A stretch of 64,000 nucleotides of DNA from Gordius albopunctatus (Eukaryota). Positions 12,102 through 24,462 of the stretch are shown piece by piece. The translations under genes were made by a program, and so were the position numbers. The number at the start of each line of letters is the position of its first letter. Position 1 is the first letter of the stretch. The DNA is taken from positions 10,416,001 through 10,480,000 of the forward strand of contig OZ193909.1 in assembly GCA_964276515.1 (NCBI GenBank). Direction: 5' to 3'. The notes beneath the pieces were generated by a model. That model did no database searches. It was not told the DNA's origin and saw nothing but the letters and a program-made list of their open reading frames with translations.

Positions 12102-12631
12102 ATCCCAAATAATATACCATACATATTTGAATGAAGCTGTTGTTTGGAGCTAAGAGTTTTAAAAATACATTGTTCTAATTGCTTGCCTTTTATTCATTGC
12201 CTGTTAATGAATAACAAAGCGGAAATTTAATATAAATATGTTTCTTAGATCAATTAAACGATTTACTGTTTTAAAACTAATAATTGTTATTTATTAAATT
12301 AAGATATATTAATTAATTGCTTGAGGGGGGGGGCAAAGGGGCCAGGATTTTTCCATTGAAGTTTGCCCCCATAGCTACGCCATTGAACGTTTTCGGATGG
12401 CATATTTCAAATATTTGGCTTAAATATTTTAGGGCTTTGTTGGTATGGGCCTGAAAGAAGATATAGTAAGTAGGGGCAAGGCAGGCAGCTCTAAAGATTC
12501 GTGCATGACCGAGCACAAAATTTAAAGGGTCGAACGTTTTTCACCTTTTGCTTTGCCAGTGCCATTATTGATAACATCTGCCATTCGAATACACGCTTTT
12601 TATACAAGACATCGCCATTCTTTATATATTA

Positions 12632-12680
12632 CTAGCTGTGCCCGGCCAAGCGTTGCTTTGGCTCAGTCCTTAAGTGGTTA
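12632..12680 (-). mobile_element. Helitron 3' end
   Basis: Minus strand reads CAAAGCAACGCTTGGCCGGGCACAGCTAG|T, nearly identical to the end at 18848-18876. Confidence 0.7.
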
Positions 12681-13144
12681 AATAAGTATAACCTATTAAT
12701 AAGACTTATCTAAAATGGGGTCATATATGAAATAATTTACCGGCCCGTTAGCGGGAAAGCGAGGAGGTAAAACGTGGGCCGTATGAGTTACCTCTCATTA
12801 TGGTGAAAGGAAACAAAACACATAAAAGTAAATGTGTAAACCTTATAACCCCTAGCACCCTTAAGTTTACACAATATACTAAAAGTATAAAAATTCCACG
12901 TGATAATAATGTTAAGTTATTTAATATGTTTTTAAGCAGTAATGCCCTGTTTATTTTCAACTTTTTATCTTCAATTTTATTTGCTTAAAAGTGCAGTATA
13001 AATTTTTATATATTAACTTTCCAGACACGTAGCCAGGATCTTCTCTCACGGGGGGGGGGAATTTCCAAAAATATTTTGTTACTTTTTATTTCAACATCAA
13101 AATTATAAAATCTGGTATAAAACATAAAGAAAGTCATAATAAAT

Positions 13145-15528
13145 AAACTCGGGCCTTCGGCCCTCGTGGGAAGGGGGGACGACTCATCTATACTCCGTAT
13201 AAACGTAGCATATTTGCTATGCAATTTATGGGCGTTATATGCAAAATGTTTATACAAATTTTCCATCTAATTAAAAAATATGGGCGAGAAAGGTGGGAAG
13301 GGGCGAAAATGCCTATAGAGGGGTATTAAATGCAAAATGATTAGTTAATTATTTATACAAATTTTCCATTTAATTTAAAAAAAAATGCCCTCGCCGGGAT
13401 TCGAACCCACATTAAATAGAGGCATAAGCCTTTGTAGGGGCACAGGGACCTATATTAGTAGAAGCATAGGCACTTGTAGGGGAGAGCATAGGGCAATTTA
13501 TCAATGTTAACCTATTCAAAAACAAAAAATTTCGATTTATTTGGCCAATGGTCATTTTTTTAATTGGTCAGTAACCAGCGGAAGGTCAAAAAGTCATATT
13601 ATCCATGGTATTAACAAGAACATAATATTAATTTAATTTAAAAAAAAAATTTATGGCCTCTCTGGGTCTCGATCCCGAACCTCCAAGTCAGTAAGCTGTC
13701 GCTATAACCATTCTTACCATTCTGGCATTAAAATAAAAAAGTTTTTATGTTATTTATATAGATAATGAAATAATAAAGATGTGTTTTATTTATGTTTATT
13801 ATATAATAAAATGAAACAATAATAGAAAATCAATATATTATAGATAATTTAACAAATATCAACAAGAACAAAATATTAATTTAATTTAAAAATAGGCACT
13901 TGTAGGGGAGGGCATAGGGTAATTATCAACGTTAACCTATTCAAAAACGAAAAAAATGATTTTGGGAGGAGCATTTTGAAATTTTAGCCTTTACTTATGC
14001 AATATGGTCAATGTTCATTTTTTTTATTGGTCAGTACCAAGAGACGGTCTATAAATACATGCGAGTCAAAAAAACGAAAAAAAAATTTCGAATCACAATT
14101 TGGCTAATGGTCATTTTTTTCCATTGATCCGTACCAAGAGACTGTCTATAAATACATACGAGTCAAAAAAACGAAAAAAAAATTTAAATCACAATTTGGC
14201 CAATGGTCATTTTTTTCATTGGTCAGTACCAAGAGACGGTCTATAAATACATACGAGTCAAAAAAAAAATTTCGATCCACACTTTGGCCAATGGTCCTTT
14301 TTTCCATTGATCAGTACCAACAGATACTCTATAAGTCAATGTTAGCCAAAAAAACGAAAAAAAATTTTTTGATGCTCACTTTGGCCAATGGTCATTTTTT
14401 TCATTGGTCAGTAGCCAGCCAGCGGACGGCCAATAAGCCATATTATCAATGGTATTAACAGGAACAATCATAAGAGCCAAAAAAACCGGGAAAAAAAATT
14501 TCGATTAACACTTTGCCCAATGGTCAGTTTTATAACCGCAACTTCTCATTTTAAATCCTTTATTCTTATAAAGAATCCGACAATGATTTTCGATATATAA
14601 ATGTATGGATTGGACGATGGCCGTGGAGAAATTGCCGTGAGATCCATCTGTTAGAATTAGTGCAATCTACGAGTAATTGGAGGTGTTAGGCAAGGGGGAC
14701 CGTTTGGTTCTTCGTTCATGCTACCGCTGGACCAACGTGATCTAAAGATGGAAATAAAATATCCCTCCCGCCCCACACGACTAACGAGTAGAAAAAAACA
14801 AATAACTGCTTCCGCAGGACTAAATAAAAAATTAAATAACTGATTCTATCATGGCAAAATGCCCGCTATTTAAACCCTGTCGATGCCCTCCTCATTTGAA
14901 TGAGGGATGCTTCCCGACAGTTCGATATACTGCACGTCTCCACTAACTTGAGGCCTGCCATTTGCGTATTCGTTTACCGAATATTTTACTCGCACACCCA
15001 TTACTTTAAGCCTTATCTCTCTCACTTATTTGCATAAGCGTAAAGGCATCTACAACAGTCAGTAGCCAGCGGACGGTCAAAAAGTCACATTATCAATGGT
15101 ATGAACAATAACTATATATTAATTTAAAAAAATTTTTTACAATTTTTTGGCCTCTCCGGGATTCGAACCACAGATCTGGATAGGCATAATGTAGGAAGGG
15201 GGCACAGGGACCCATATCAGTAGAGGCATAGGCTCTGTTAGGGGAGGGCATAGGGTAATTGTCAATGTTAGCCAAAAAAAACGAAAAAAATAATTTCGAT
15301 TCACATTTTGGCCAATGGTCATTTTTCCATCGGTCAACAGCCAGCGGACGGCCAAAAAGTTATAATAGCATTGGTAGTAACAGGAACAATCATAATATTC
15401 AAAAAAATCCCCGGGTTTCGAACCCAAAAACTAGTTAAACAAGACATTCGGTGCGTGACAAGACATTCGGAATACGAACAAAAAATAAACAAGAAGACAT
15501 TCGGTGCGTGACACGAACAGCGTGACAA
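13145..15528 (-). mobile_element. HINE/DINE-1-like non-autonomous rolling-circle element, copy A (3' end present, 5' end missing)
   Basis: Hairpin GGGCCTTCGGCCC at 13151-13163, subterminal repeat at 13214-13233, arrays of TTTGGCCAATGGTCATTTTT, tRNA B-box-like motifs. 13883-15528 is colinear with 20846-21917. Confidence 0.7.
14528..15057. mobile_element. Probable solo LTR (530 bp) inserted in repeat copy A
   Basis: Absent from copy B; flanked by GTCAG at 14523-14527 and 15058-15062; ends TACAACA; the 5' end reads TTTTATAA rather than TGTT. Confidence 0.6.
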
Positions 15529-16480
15529 ACAAAAAATTAACTTGGTCAGTTACGTTGCAAAACTATAAAATATAAACTTGATCTAAAATAATTTTTTTTC
15601 ATGAAAAATCTTCAGGGGGGGAATTTCCCTCCCCCCCCCCTTTCATTTACGCCACTGTAACTTTCTCTTACACTTAATTTAAGTTCATGCTAAATTGAAG
15701 ATAATAATATCTGAGGACGAAAAATTTAGCCAAAACTATGGTTGGTAGAGACCAGCTAGTATGTAATAAATAAACAAATATCAGAAATAAGCAATGGACA
15801 ATATTGCAATAAAAACACAATTTTAAATATATAATTTCGAAATAAACAAGTTCAACATATTTTTGCCTTTACATTTTATTCAAATCCTATTTTCCAATTA
15901 AAAAATTAGTTTTAGTAAAATTATTGATAACCTCAGTGGGAATTAGTATATGTCACATGTCGTTAGTTTGAATTCTAAAGTTTCGAAAATTTGCAATATT
16001 GATTTGGAAACAACTATCCTAAATTTAGACTAAAATGATCTAACTAGAAAAATGATGTTTATTTTTTGTTTGAATTTTTCAGAAAAATTCTCTTAGGGCA
16101 ATTTCGAAGTGAGGCAAAAAATAAAGACACGTTAAGAGATAGCTGCTTAAGCGCTTGACTTTATTTTTAAAGCTTTTTTCAAACAATTAAAAATTAAAAC
16201 GATTTGGGTCTTGCAAAATGTGTAATTTTATTATAATAGATACTAATATATTTTTTCGATTAAATAAATTTTTTTATTAATTTGTGAGGTATGAATCGCA
16301 TATTTAAACAAAATAAAACATGGAGCGCTTGAAGAAAATGATAAACAAGCGTGTGATTTTATATTATTAAATAAATACTAATATCAAACAATTTTGTATA
16401 TTCATAAGAATGTGGATAAGCCATTTGATTTGATATCTAAAATATAAGAAATGTTGGATAAAACTATGGAGAACATATGG

Positions 16481-19400
16481 TCAAAGGGCTACTTCACAGC
16501 CACGTGGAAGCACTTCCATCAATTTGATCTTGATCGTTTCCTTGTCATCTTTTATTAAAGGTAGGTTTTTAAGTTTAAGACTTTTTAGCTGTTTAAGAGC
16601 AACTAAATTATTTAACAATCCCCATTCGCTTATTTCATAACAATCTTCTATGGTTAAATGATTGAGTGATGAAGCAGAATATTTGGCTATATGAGCTAGG
16701 CAGCCATCAGTCAAATATGGCGAAAAGCGGAGTAATATTTCGTTCAAATATTTTAGACCATCAAGGTACTCAAAGCCGGAGTCATCCACGCCTGATTCGT
16801 TGGTATCAATGGCTCGTATAAATTTTGAACGCGCTTGTGTGGTTGAATTCTGGTCTAAATATGTAAAGCTCTCGTTAATGTCTCTAGTTGAAATATATGG
16901 AAAATGCAATCGTGGTTAGGTTAAAAGTGTTCGGCTTAAATGCAATTATTTTCCAATCAATTTTTCTATTGCAGACAAAAACACTTATTAGCTTACTGAT
17001 CAAATAGAATAAGAGATTCATTATATTAACATTATGTTTTTTCATAAATAGGAGGTGGAGATCCTCAACTTTATTTAATTTGATTACTTAGCATGACGCT
17101 AGCATATAGATTTAGAGTTAAGCTTTGTAAATGCGCGCAAATTATATTTGTTAAAAATCGGGAATTAAAATAGCGATTATTTCTGCTACCAATTAATTTT
17201 ATGAAAAAAACTATTCATTTTAACGGCTATCGTATCATTTTATTGACATTTTTCAATTTTTTTTTTTAATTTTGAAAAGAATGGTTCTTGGTTAAATTTT
17301 ATGCTCAACTTTAAACTTTTGATTCACAAATTTATTAACTGTGCACACCAAATTTTATCGCTTTAACTGTTTAAAGCCAAACAAAAATTTGATAATCAAT
17401 TTTAATGATATTAAAAAATATTCCGCCATATTTAATATGAATAGGTAAGCTACTAAAACATCTTTAAAATTTATATATATAAAAATCTAAGTTCCTTTTT
17501 TTGAACGCTAATAACTTTTAGAGTTCTTAACCGATTGCCACCAAATTTGGCCAGATAATTGCCTTGGCATTGTAGATGGTTTATAGATACTTTTTATCAA
17601 CCTACGACAGCTGGAACCATGTTTTTTGTTAGTCTATACCGCCATCTAGCGGATTATTTATACTACGTTTTTTATACTTATTTATCTTTATGGTGCTACT
17701 AATTACCCTAAACATTTTTCCACGATTGCTTTGTAACTTTTGTCTCAATTTTTACTCAACTACGCCCGTTTTTCTTACAATATATAAGGCTGTAACAAAT
17801 AAATATTTTGGATACCGTAAAACATCACCAATTTCTTAAATAAATATAACGCGCGCTTTTAGGAACATTCCCACGTTTCGTGCTTTTTTGCTATTTTTAT
17901 GAAGTTGGATTATTAATATTAAACTACAAAAAAATTGCAGACAATGGTTAACCGACAAATTTGAAATGCAGTTATATGAACTATTATTCATACAGAATAA
18001 TGCTTCGAGAGCACGGAGAAAATCATATTTAAAATGTGCACTAAATTGATTTTAGCGTGAAGAAGCGTCTGAAGTTGTAAAACGATAGAACTTTTTACAC
18101 CAGTAGAAATTCCAAGGCGTGCATTTAATCCAATCTCATTAGAACTTATGTTCGCTATCTGGTATTGGAAGGAGGGACCCGGCTTTGTGGTAAATTTGGC
18201 CTTTTACTTTAAAGGTTGGCATGAATTATGTTGTAATAATATCTGCGGCAAACGACGTCATTTGGAAGCTGGAGTTGTATTTCCTAATATTAGATAAATG
18301 TCTAGAATCCGCACTATAACCAGCAAGGAGAGATTTTAATGACTGAGGGTTTCTCCAAGTATAGGTAGTTTAACTTTTCCAGACCCGCAACACATCCCGT
18401 TCTTTTCTCCAGCAAATTTTATAGCATTGTAACAAGGACATACAACGACGGTCATAGTGGGGGGAATAATAACATGGCGGCGCTTAATGGGTTTTTAATA
18501 TCTCCTTATTTAGATACTCTAGATTTTAGGGTATGATGACATTACATTATTATATACGCTGTACTCTAAATTTTTTATACATTGTCGAACATTATCAGTC
18601 ACTTTTATACCAATGGTTTATAATTTTTTGTCACCCAATTATGCATATTATAACTAAAAATCGCACTTTTTAACCAATAAAATTATAAAATACCTAATCA
18701 ATATTTAAACCGTGTGTAAATCTATTAAATCATTAATAAATATGCCTTTTCTATTATTAAACTATATAATAGCATTATATTTTTTCACATCATAAACTCT
18801 CTTACAAATTAATTTGTACTGATTATTTAACTAATTAGGGACTAAGGCAAAGCAACGCTTGGCCGGGCTCAGCTAGTTAATTATAAAAATGCAAACAAAA
18901 TATTAATGTCCATATAAATGTAGATCCGTAAAAGCTATTAACAATTATATATTAAAAATTATTAAAGTAAAATTTAAAAGATTAAAAATAACAATATTAA
19001 AGTAATTTATGAAACACAGCACATTGTGTGTAAAGTACTAAAATTGTATTATACAATAATTAAATAATATAATATTTTGGAAAAATACAAATGTTAAGAA
19101 AAAATTAATATTTCATAACTTAATATAATTTAAAAAGCAAAAAAAACATAAATTAAATTTACAAAAAAATATTTTTACTTATAAATATAAATAAAAAATA
19201 TTCCTATTATGAAACATTGTTCATTTAAGAGCAGGATTTATAATAACCAATATTAAAAAGCTAAAACAATTATTGACTTCCTAAACAAAGCTTTCATTTT
19301 TTTAATAGCTCCTAAAAATGTAATATAAGATCATTTTATATGCCTATGCTTAATAAATATAACAAAAATAATGCCCTTTGACATATCAGCTTTTTGTAAA

Positions 19401-19980
19401 AATATTGAACCAAGTTTAGTTGATATATAACTTACTAATAAATGTGCTTAGCAAAATTGGTAAAATATTAATATTCAAGGTGTAAAAGAATTTAATAGGC
19501 ATGTTTTGTAATAAAGCTTAATTAAATTCTATTAAATATGTGAAATTATACTTGTTAAAATTATAATAAAATATGCTATTGTGTTTAACTATTTCTTAAT
19601 GTAATTAATAAAATACCTTTATCAAAAGTTTCCACATTTGGTTTTTCACTTTCCTTTGAATTAAATGACTTTTTCAGTGTTTTTGCCTCATTGATCGAAG
19701 GTATTTGGGATACAAGTGAATTATAATCTTTTTCCCATTTTGAATTATTAACAAAATTGACAGCTGCTCCACACCTTAAAAGCCATTCAGCTGCAGCTTG
19801 ATCAGGACCAACTTCCTTGACACGTTCCTTATCATACTTGTTCCAAACTGGGTTAAGCCATGACCACATATTTCTGTATTGTGAATTTTTAAACATTGGT
19901 GATTGGCAAGATAAAGGTAATAGATATTTGTAGCAATATCCCAAATGTATAAGTCCCTTAGCTTGGTATGTAACCGACAT
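16481..19980 (-). CDS. DMAC2L: ATP synthase subunit s / coupling factor B, mitochondrial (2 exons: 19980-19617 and ~16854-16481, ~245 aa)
   Basis: WSWLNPVWNKYDKERVKEVGPDQAAAEWLLRCGA...WEKDYN and IRAID...GFEYLDGL plus LRR-like repeats match the ATP5S family. Phase-1 GT..AG junction; the acceptor choice is less certain because other AGs lie just upstream. Confidence 0.88.
17470..18876 (+). mobile_element. Non-autonomous Helitron in the ATP5S intron
   Basis: 5' TATATATATAAAAATCTAAG, 3' GCAACGCTTGGCCGGGCTCAGCTAG|T, and an internal Rep relic. Confidence 0.75.
18140..18456 (-). pseudogene. Helitron RepHel N-terminal fragment
   Basis: Manual translation across frameshifts gives MTVVVCPCYNAIKFAGEKNGMCCGSGKVKLP...NIRKYNSSFQMTSF...FMPTFKVKGQIYHKAGSLLP. 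Confidence 0.8.
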
Positions 19981-20221
19981 GGTTAATGGTAAAATTGCCA
20001 GTGAGTTAATGTGGAACCATAAAAATTTATCTCCAATCGATGACCTAGTTTAAAGAAATCGTGATTTTAAGATCGAAAGAGTACTTGCGGTTAAATAAAA
20101 ATAGGGCCAGTTAAATTCCAAAATTTTCGAAAATATTTGTATTCGCAGAATAGAAGCCGATTTAAAATCTAAACCAATGCTATAGATTCTCAATTCGTCG
20201 TAAACGAATCCGGGTCAACTG

Positions 20222-20576
20222 GTATGTATGTATGTATGTATGTATGTATGTATGTATGTTTGTATGTATGTATGTATGTATGTATGTATGTATGTATGTA
20301 TGTATGTATGTATGTATGTATGTATGTATGTATGTATGTATGTATGTATGTATGTATGTATGTATGTATGTATGTATGTATGTATGTATGTATGTATGTA
20401 TGTATGTATGTATGTATGTATGTATGTATGTATGTATGTATGTATGTATGTATGTATGTATGTATGTATGTATGTATGTATGTATGTATGTATGTATGTA
20501 TGTATGTATGTATGTATGTATGTATGTATGTATGTATGTATGTATGTATGTATGTATGTATGTATGTATGTATGTA
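20222..20576 (+). repeat. (GTAT)n microsatellite, ~89 units
   Basis: Directly visible, with one interruption near 20259. Confidence 0.99.
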
Positions 20577-20845
20577 TATATAAGCCCCGATGACAAACAA
20601 AAGCTTAGCTAAATCGGCAAGCTAAGATTGAGTCCCATCTGACACCATAGGTGCATCTCGGGCCACGCTAACCAGAGGTTACGTGTTCAGTTGTTAGTAG
20701 GTTAGTGTGTTAGTATGTTAAAGCGAAGATCAGTATTTTTAGTATCCGGAAGCAATAAAGTAAAAGAAGCACGTGCAAGCTAATAGTAAAAGTATAATAG
20801 TATAAGCATATAAATATAGGATACCACCATTCCTTATTCTGGCAA

Positions 20846-21960
20846 AATTTAAAAATAGGCACTTGTAGGGGAGGGCATAGGGTAATTATCAACGTTAACC
20901 TATTCAAAAACAAAAATAATGATTTTGGGAGGAGCATTTTGAAATTTTAGCCTTTACTTAAGCAATATGGCCAATGTTCATTTTTTTTATTGGTCAGTAC
21001 CAAGAGACGGTCTATAAATACATGCGAGTCAAAAAAACGAAAAAAAATTTAAATCACAATTTGGCCAATGGTCATTTTTTTCATTGGTCCGTACTAAAAG
21101 ACGGTCTATAAATACATACGAGTCAAAAAAAAACAAAAAAAAATTTGATCCACACTTTGGCAAATGGTCATTTTTTTCCATTGGTCAGTACCAACAGATA
21201 CTCTATAAGTCAATGTTATCCAAAAAAACTAAAAAAAAATTTTTGATGCTTACTTTGGCCAATGGTCATTTTTTCCATTGGTAAGTAGCCAGCGGACGGC
21301 CAATAAGCCATATTATCAATGGTATTAAAAGGTACAATCATAAGAGCCAAAAAAACCGGGGAAAAAAATTTCGATTCACACTTTGGCCAATGGTCATTTT
21401 TTTCCAGTGGTCAGTAGCCAGCGGACGGTCAAAAAGTCACATTATCAATGGTATGAACAATAACGATATATTAATTCTAAAATTTTTTTTTTAATTTTTT
21501 GGCCTCTCCGGGATTCGAACCACAGATCTGGATAGGCATAATGTAGGGGGGGGGCACAGGGACCCATATCAGTAGAGGCATAAGCTCTGTTAGGGGAGGG
21601 CATAGGGTAATTGTCAATGTTAGCCAAAAAAAACGAAAAAAATAATTTCGATTCACATTTTGGCCAATGGTCATTTTTCCATCGGTCAGCAGCCAGCGGA
21701 CGACCAAAAAGTTATAATAGCATTGGTAGTAACAGGAACAATCATAATAGTCAAAAAAAACCCAGGTTTCGAACCCAAAAACTAGTTAAACAAGACATTT
21801 GGTGCGTGACATTCGGTGCGTGACAAGACATTCGGAATACGAACAAAAAATAAACAAGAAGAAGAAGACATTCGGTGCGTGACAAGACATTCGGTGTGTG
21901 ACACGAACAGCGTGACATAAACAAATGGAAAGTGAGCCCATAAATTGCATAGCAATTAAT
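20846..21960 (-). mobile_element. HINE/DINE-1-like element, copy B (5' end present, 3' end missing)
   Basis: Highly similar to 13883-15528; subterminal repeat GCCCATAAATTGCATAGCAA at 21936-21955; GACATTCGGTGCGTGACAA short repeats. Confidence 0.72.
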
Positions 21961-22574
21961 AAAGTTTTAGGCTGTAGCTTTAATATAATTCTCAAGGCTG
22001 ATAGGGCGGCGCAAGCCTTCTTGGGATAGGTTTCTTGAATTTAAGACAAGCTTATACCATAAATCGAATTCGACGGCCAAAAAATCGAATTTCTTACGTT
22101 TCTTGTTAAATAATTGACGAATATTGCAAAATAAAATTTAAAAGGAATTGTTTTTACCGTAAAACTATTCATTTCGTTTTATAACGAAGAAATGAAGCAA
22201 TAATATTAAATGACCATATCACAATGCACTCCTATGCATTTAGATTTAATTAATAAAATCACTTACTTGATGTTGGGAGCGATAGGTAATTTTATGGGGA
22301 AAAAAACTCGAACAATTTTCTTTTTATGGAAATTGAACAAGTGAATTTCAAAAAGGAATGTGTTAAAAGCTTTTTGATTAAATTTAAAAAATACCAAGTA
22401 TTGTATTATTTATAAGTGGCTTAGTCTTTTATGCAACTAATATTTTTATTTCATCGATCTATTTAATTCTCAAAAGAAAAATTTTTTAAATTTTTTGCCA
22501 ATGAGAATAGGGGGATTTTTCCAAATTCCCTCCCCTACCCTGGGTTTATTATTTTTGTTTTGTATATTTAAGCA

Positions 22575-22747
22575 GGTGCCCTATCAACTAGCCGAAAACC
22601 ATCTCGTCGAATTTAATGTCCCTCGGTTAAAAAAGGTCCCCTAATTTAAAATCGTCCCCCATTCAACCAATCACAAAATGGGGGACTTTTTTTAACCGGG
22701 GGACATTAAATTCGGCGAGATGGTTTTCGGCAAGTTGACGGGCCACC
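22575..22747. mobile_element. Mutator-like foldback MITE with 9-bp TSD
   Basis: ~68-bp inverted arms; ATTTAAGCA at 22566-22574 and 22748-22756. Confidence 0.85.
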
Positions 22748-22755
22748 ATTTAAGC

Positions 22756-24051
22756 ATATCGCTACCTGAGAATTGGAGTTCTCTATCTGCAATTTTTAAA
22801 AATTTTAAAGTAAAAGTGCTATTTGGTAGATTTTAATATATTCTATCATAAACTTTTTAAAAAATGTGGGAAAAATTTTTTTGGCTTCGCTATTAAAGCT
22901 CTTATTTGGTTAAAATCGCGAATGTCAATATTTTTCAGAATTGGTTTGCCCTATCTGCAATTACCCAATCTCAAGCGCTCATTTAATCACGTGAATAAAT
23001 CGTCTGCTTTTAAATTTTAATTCGAATAATATCTCTACAATTACTTTTCACATTGTTGTATGTCAAACATTGATAAATAAGAACTATTTCGGATGGAGAT
23101 AAGTAAAATTAATATAAAAATATAGATATAACTAGTACAAGTTTCAAGGTGGCAAATCAAAAAATTGTAAATTATGGTTGAAATTAGACTACAGGCAAAA
23201 TTTGTATAAATGATTAATAATATTATTAATTTTAGGCTTTGTTCATTATTGCGCATGGTAAAAAATGATTGTTATGGCCAAAACAAAGTTTGCAAGAGAA
23301 AGGAAAAAAATTCAATTTTTAAAAGAGAATATTTAAGATTATTCAAAATTGTCAAGAGTTAAATTTATAAAGGAAATATTTATATAAAAATAGATATAAT
23401 TGATTTTACTTCTACTAGATATTCTTTTGTATGTATCATTTATTTTATAATTAATAAATTAATAGTATTTGTTGTAAATAGTATGATTGCTACAAATTGC
23501 TCCCATTAAATATTTTAGCTATATAAAGGATATAAATCATTATAATTGTTTTAGAAATTTAATTATATACTCAAAGATATTAAAAAAATTTCATAGTTTA
23601 CCTTAATGTACACAACCCCAAATTACCATAATTTTTTATAATATTGAATAAATTTGAGTAATTAAAGTAATATAGTCATTAGAATATATAACTAATTTAA
23701 TAATCTCATATTTTTTTATTATTAAAGTTATAAGTCATAAATCTAATGTCAATAAAACCTTAAAACTTGCGGTTAAAAATGCAGATAGAACAAAGTAGCT
23801 AAATAAAATCGCAAAAAATTTAGAACTTCGCTCTATCTGAAATTTAAAAAATCAATTTTTTTATGCAATAAAAGAAAAAATCTACATTTTTCGCTAAAAT
23901 AATATAGATGCTAATACTTTACATTATCAAACTTAATTTCAAGTCATATGAATAATAAGTTTAGATTTTATAGCATTTCAAACTTTGAACTCAATTATCT
24001 CAGTTCGGAGTTTTGTGCAGATAGAGCACTCCAATTCTCAGCTAGCGATAT
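22756..24051. mobile_element. Non-autonomous DNA transposon with ~36-bp TIRs
   Basis: ATATCGCTACCTGAGAATTGGAGTTCTCTATCTGCA and its reverse complement ending at 24051 (2 mismatches); internal CTATCTGCA repeats. Confidence 0.8.
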
Positions 24052-24462
24052 TATAAACCCTCTAAATGATACCTAATTATTGAGGCTCACACGTATCCTT
24101 TTATAGTAAATTAACAAGTGATTTTTGAAATAGGGAATTACTAGACTAAAACTCTTTGTCGAAAATTGTTTATAAAGCATTTATTTTTTTGAGATATATC
24201 CAAAGGTATTTTATGCAAACTTCTATTGTTTTAATATTAATGAACGATTATTATTTATAGCTATGCTCCTAATATAACTATAAATCAAGCTCTACGAAAG
24301 AGAAGGAGGTACTTTATTAAATTTTAATATATCATATTGTCTAAGTTTTTGTTATGTCAATGAAAGTATATATAGATATGCACATGGGCGTACCAAGATT
24401 TTAAAAGTTCATTAAAATTTTTTAATTTTTCAATGTTTTTGCACTGGAAAAAATTTTTTATG

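Noticed and set aside
14020..14520. Regularly spaced TTTGGCCAATGGTCATTTTT repeats resembling a CRISPR array
   Set aside because: The spacers are similar to one another, the context is eukaryotic and there are no cas genes; these are internal tandem repeats of a TE.
20180..20612. Five ORFs with YIHT/MYVC repeats
   Set aside because: They are translations of the (GTAT)n microsatellite.
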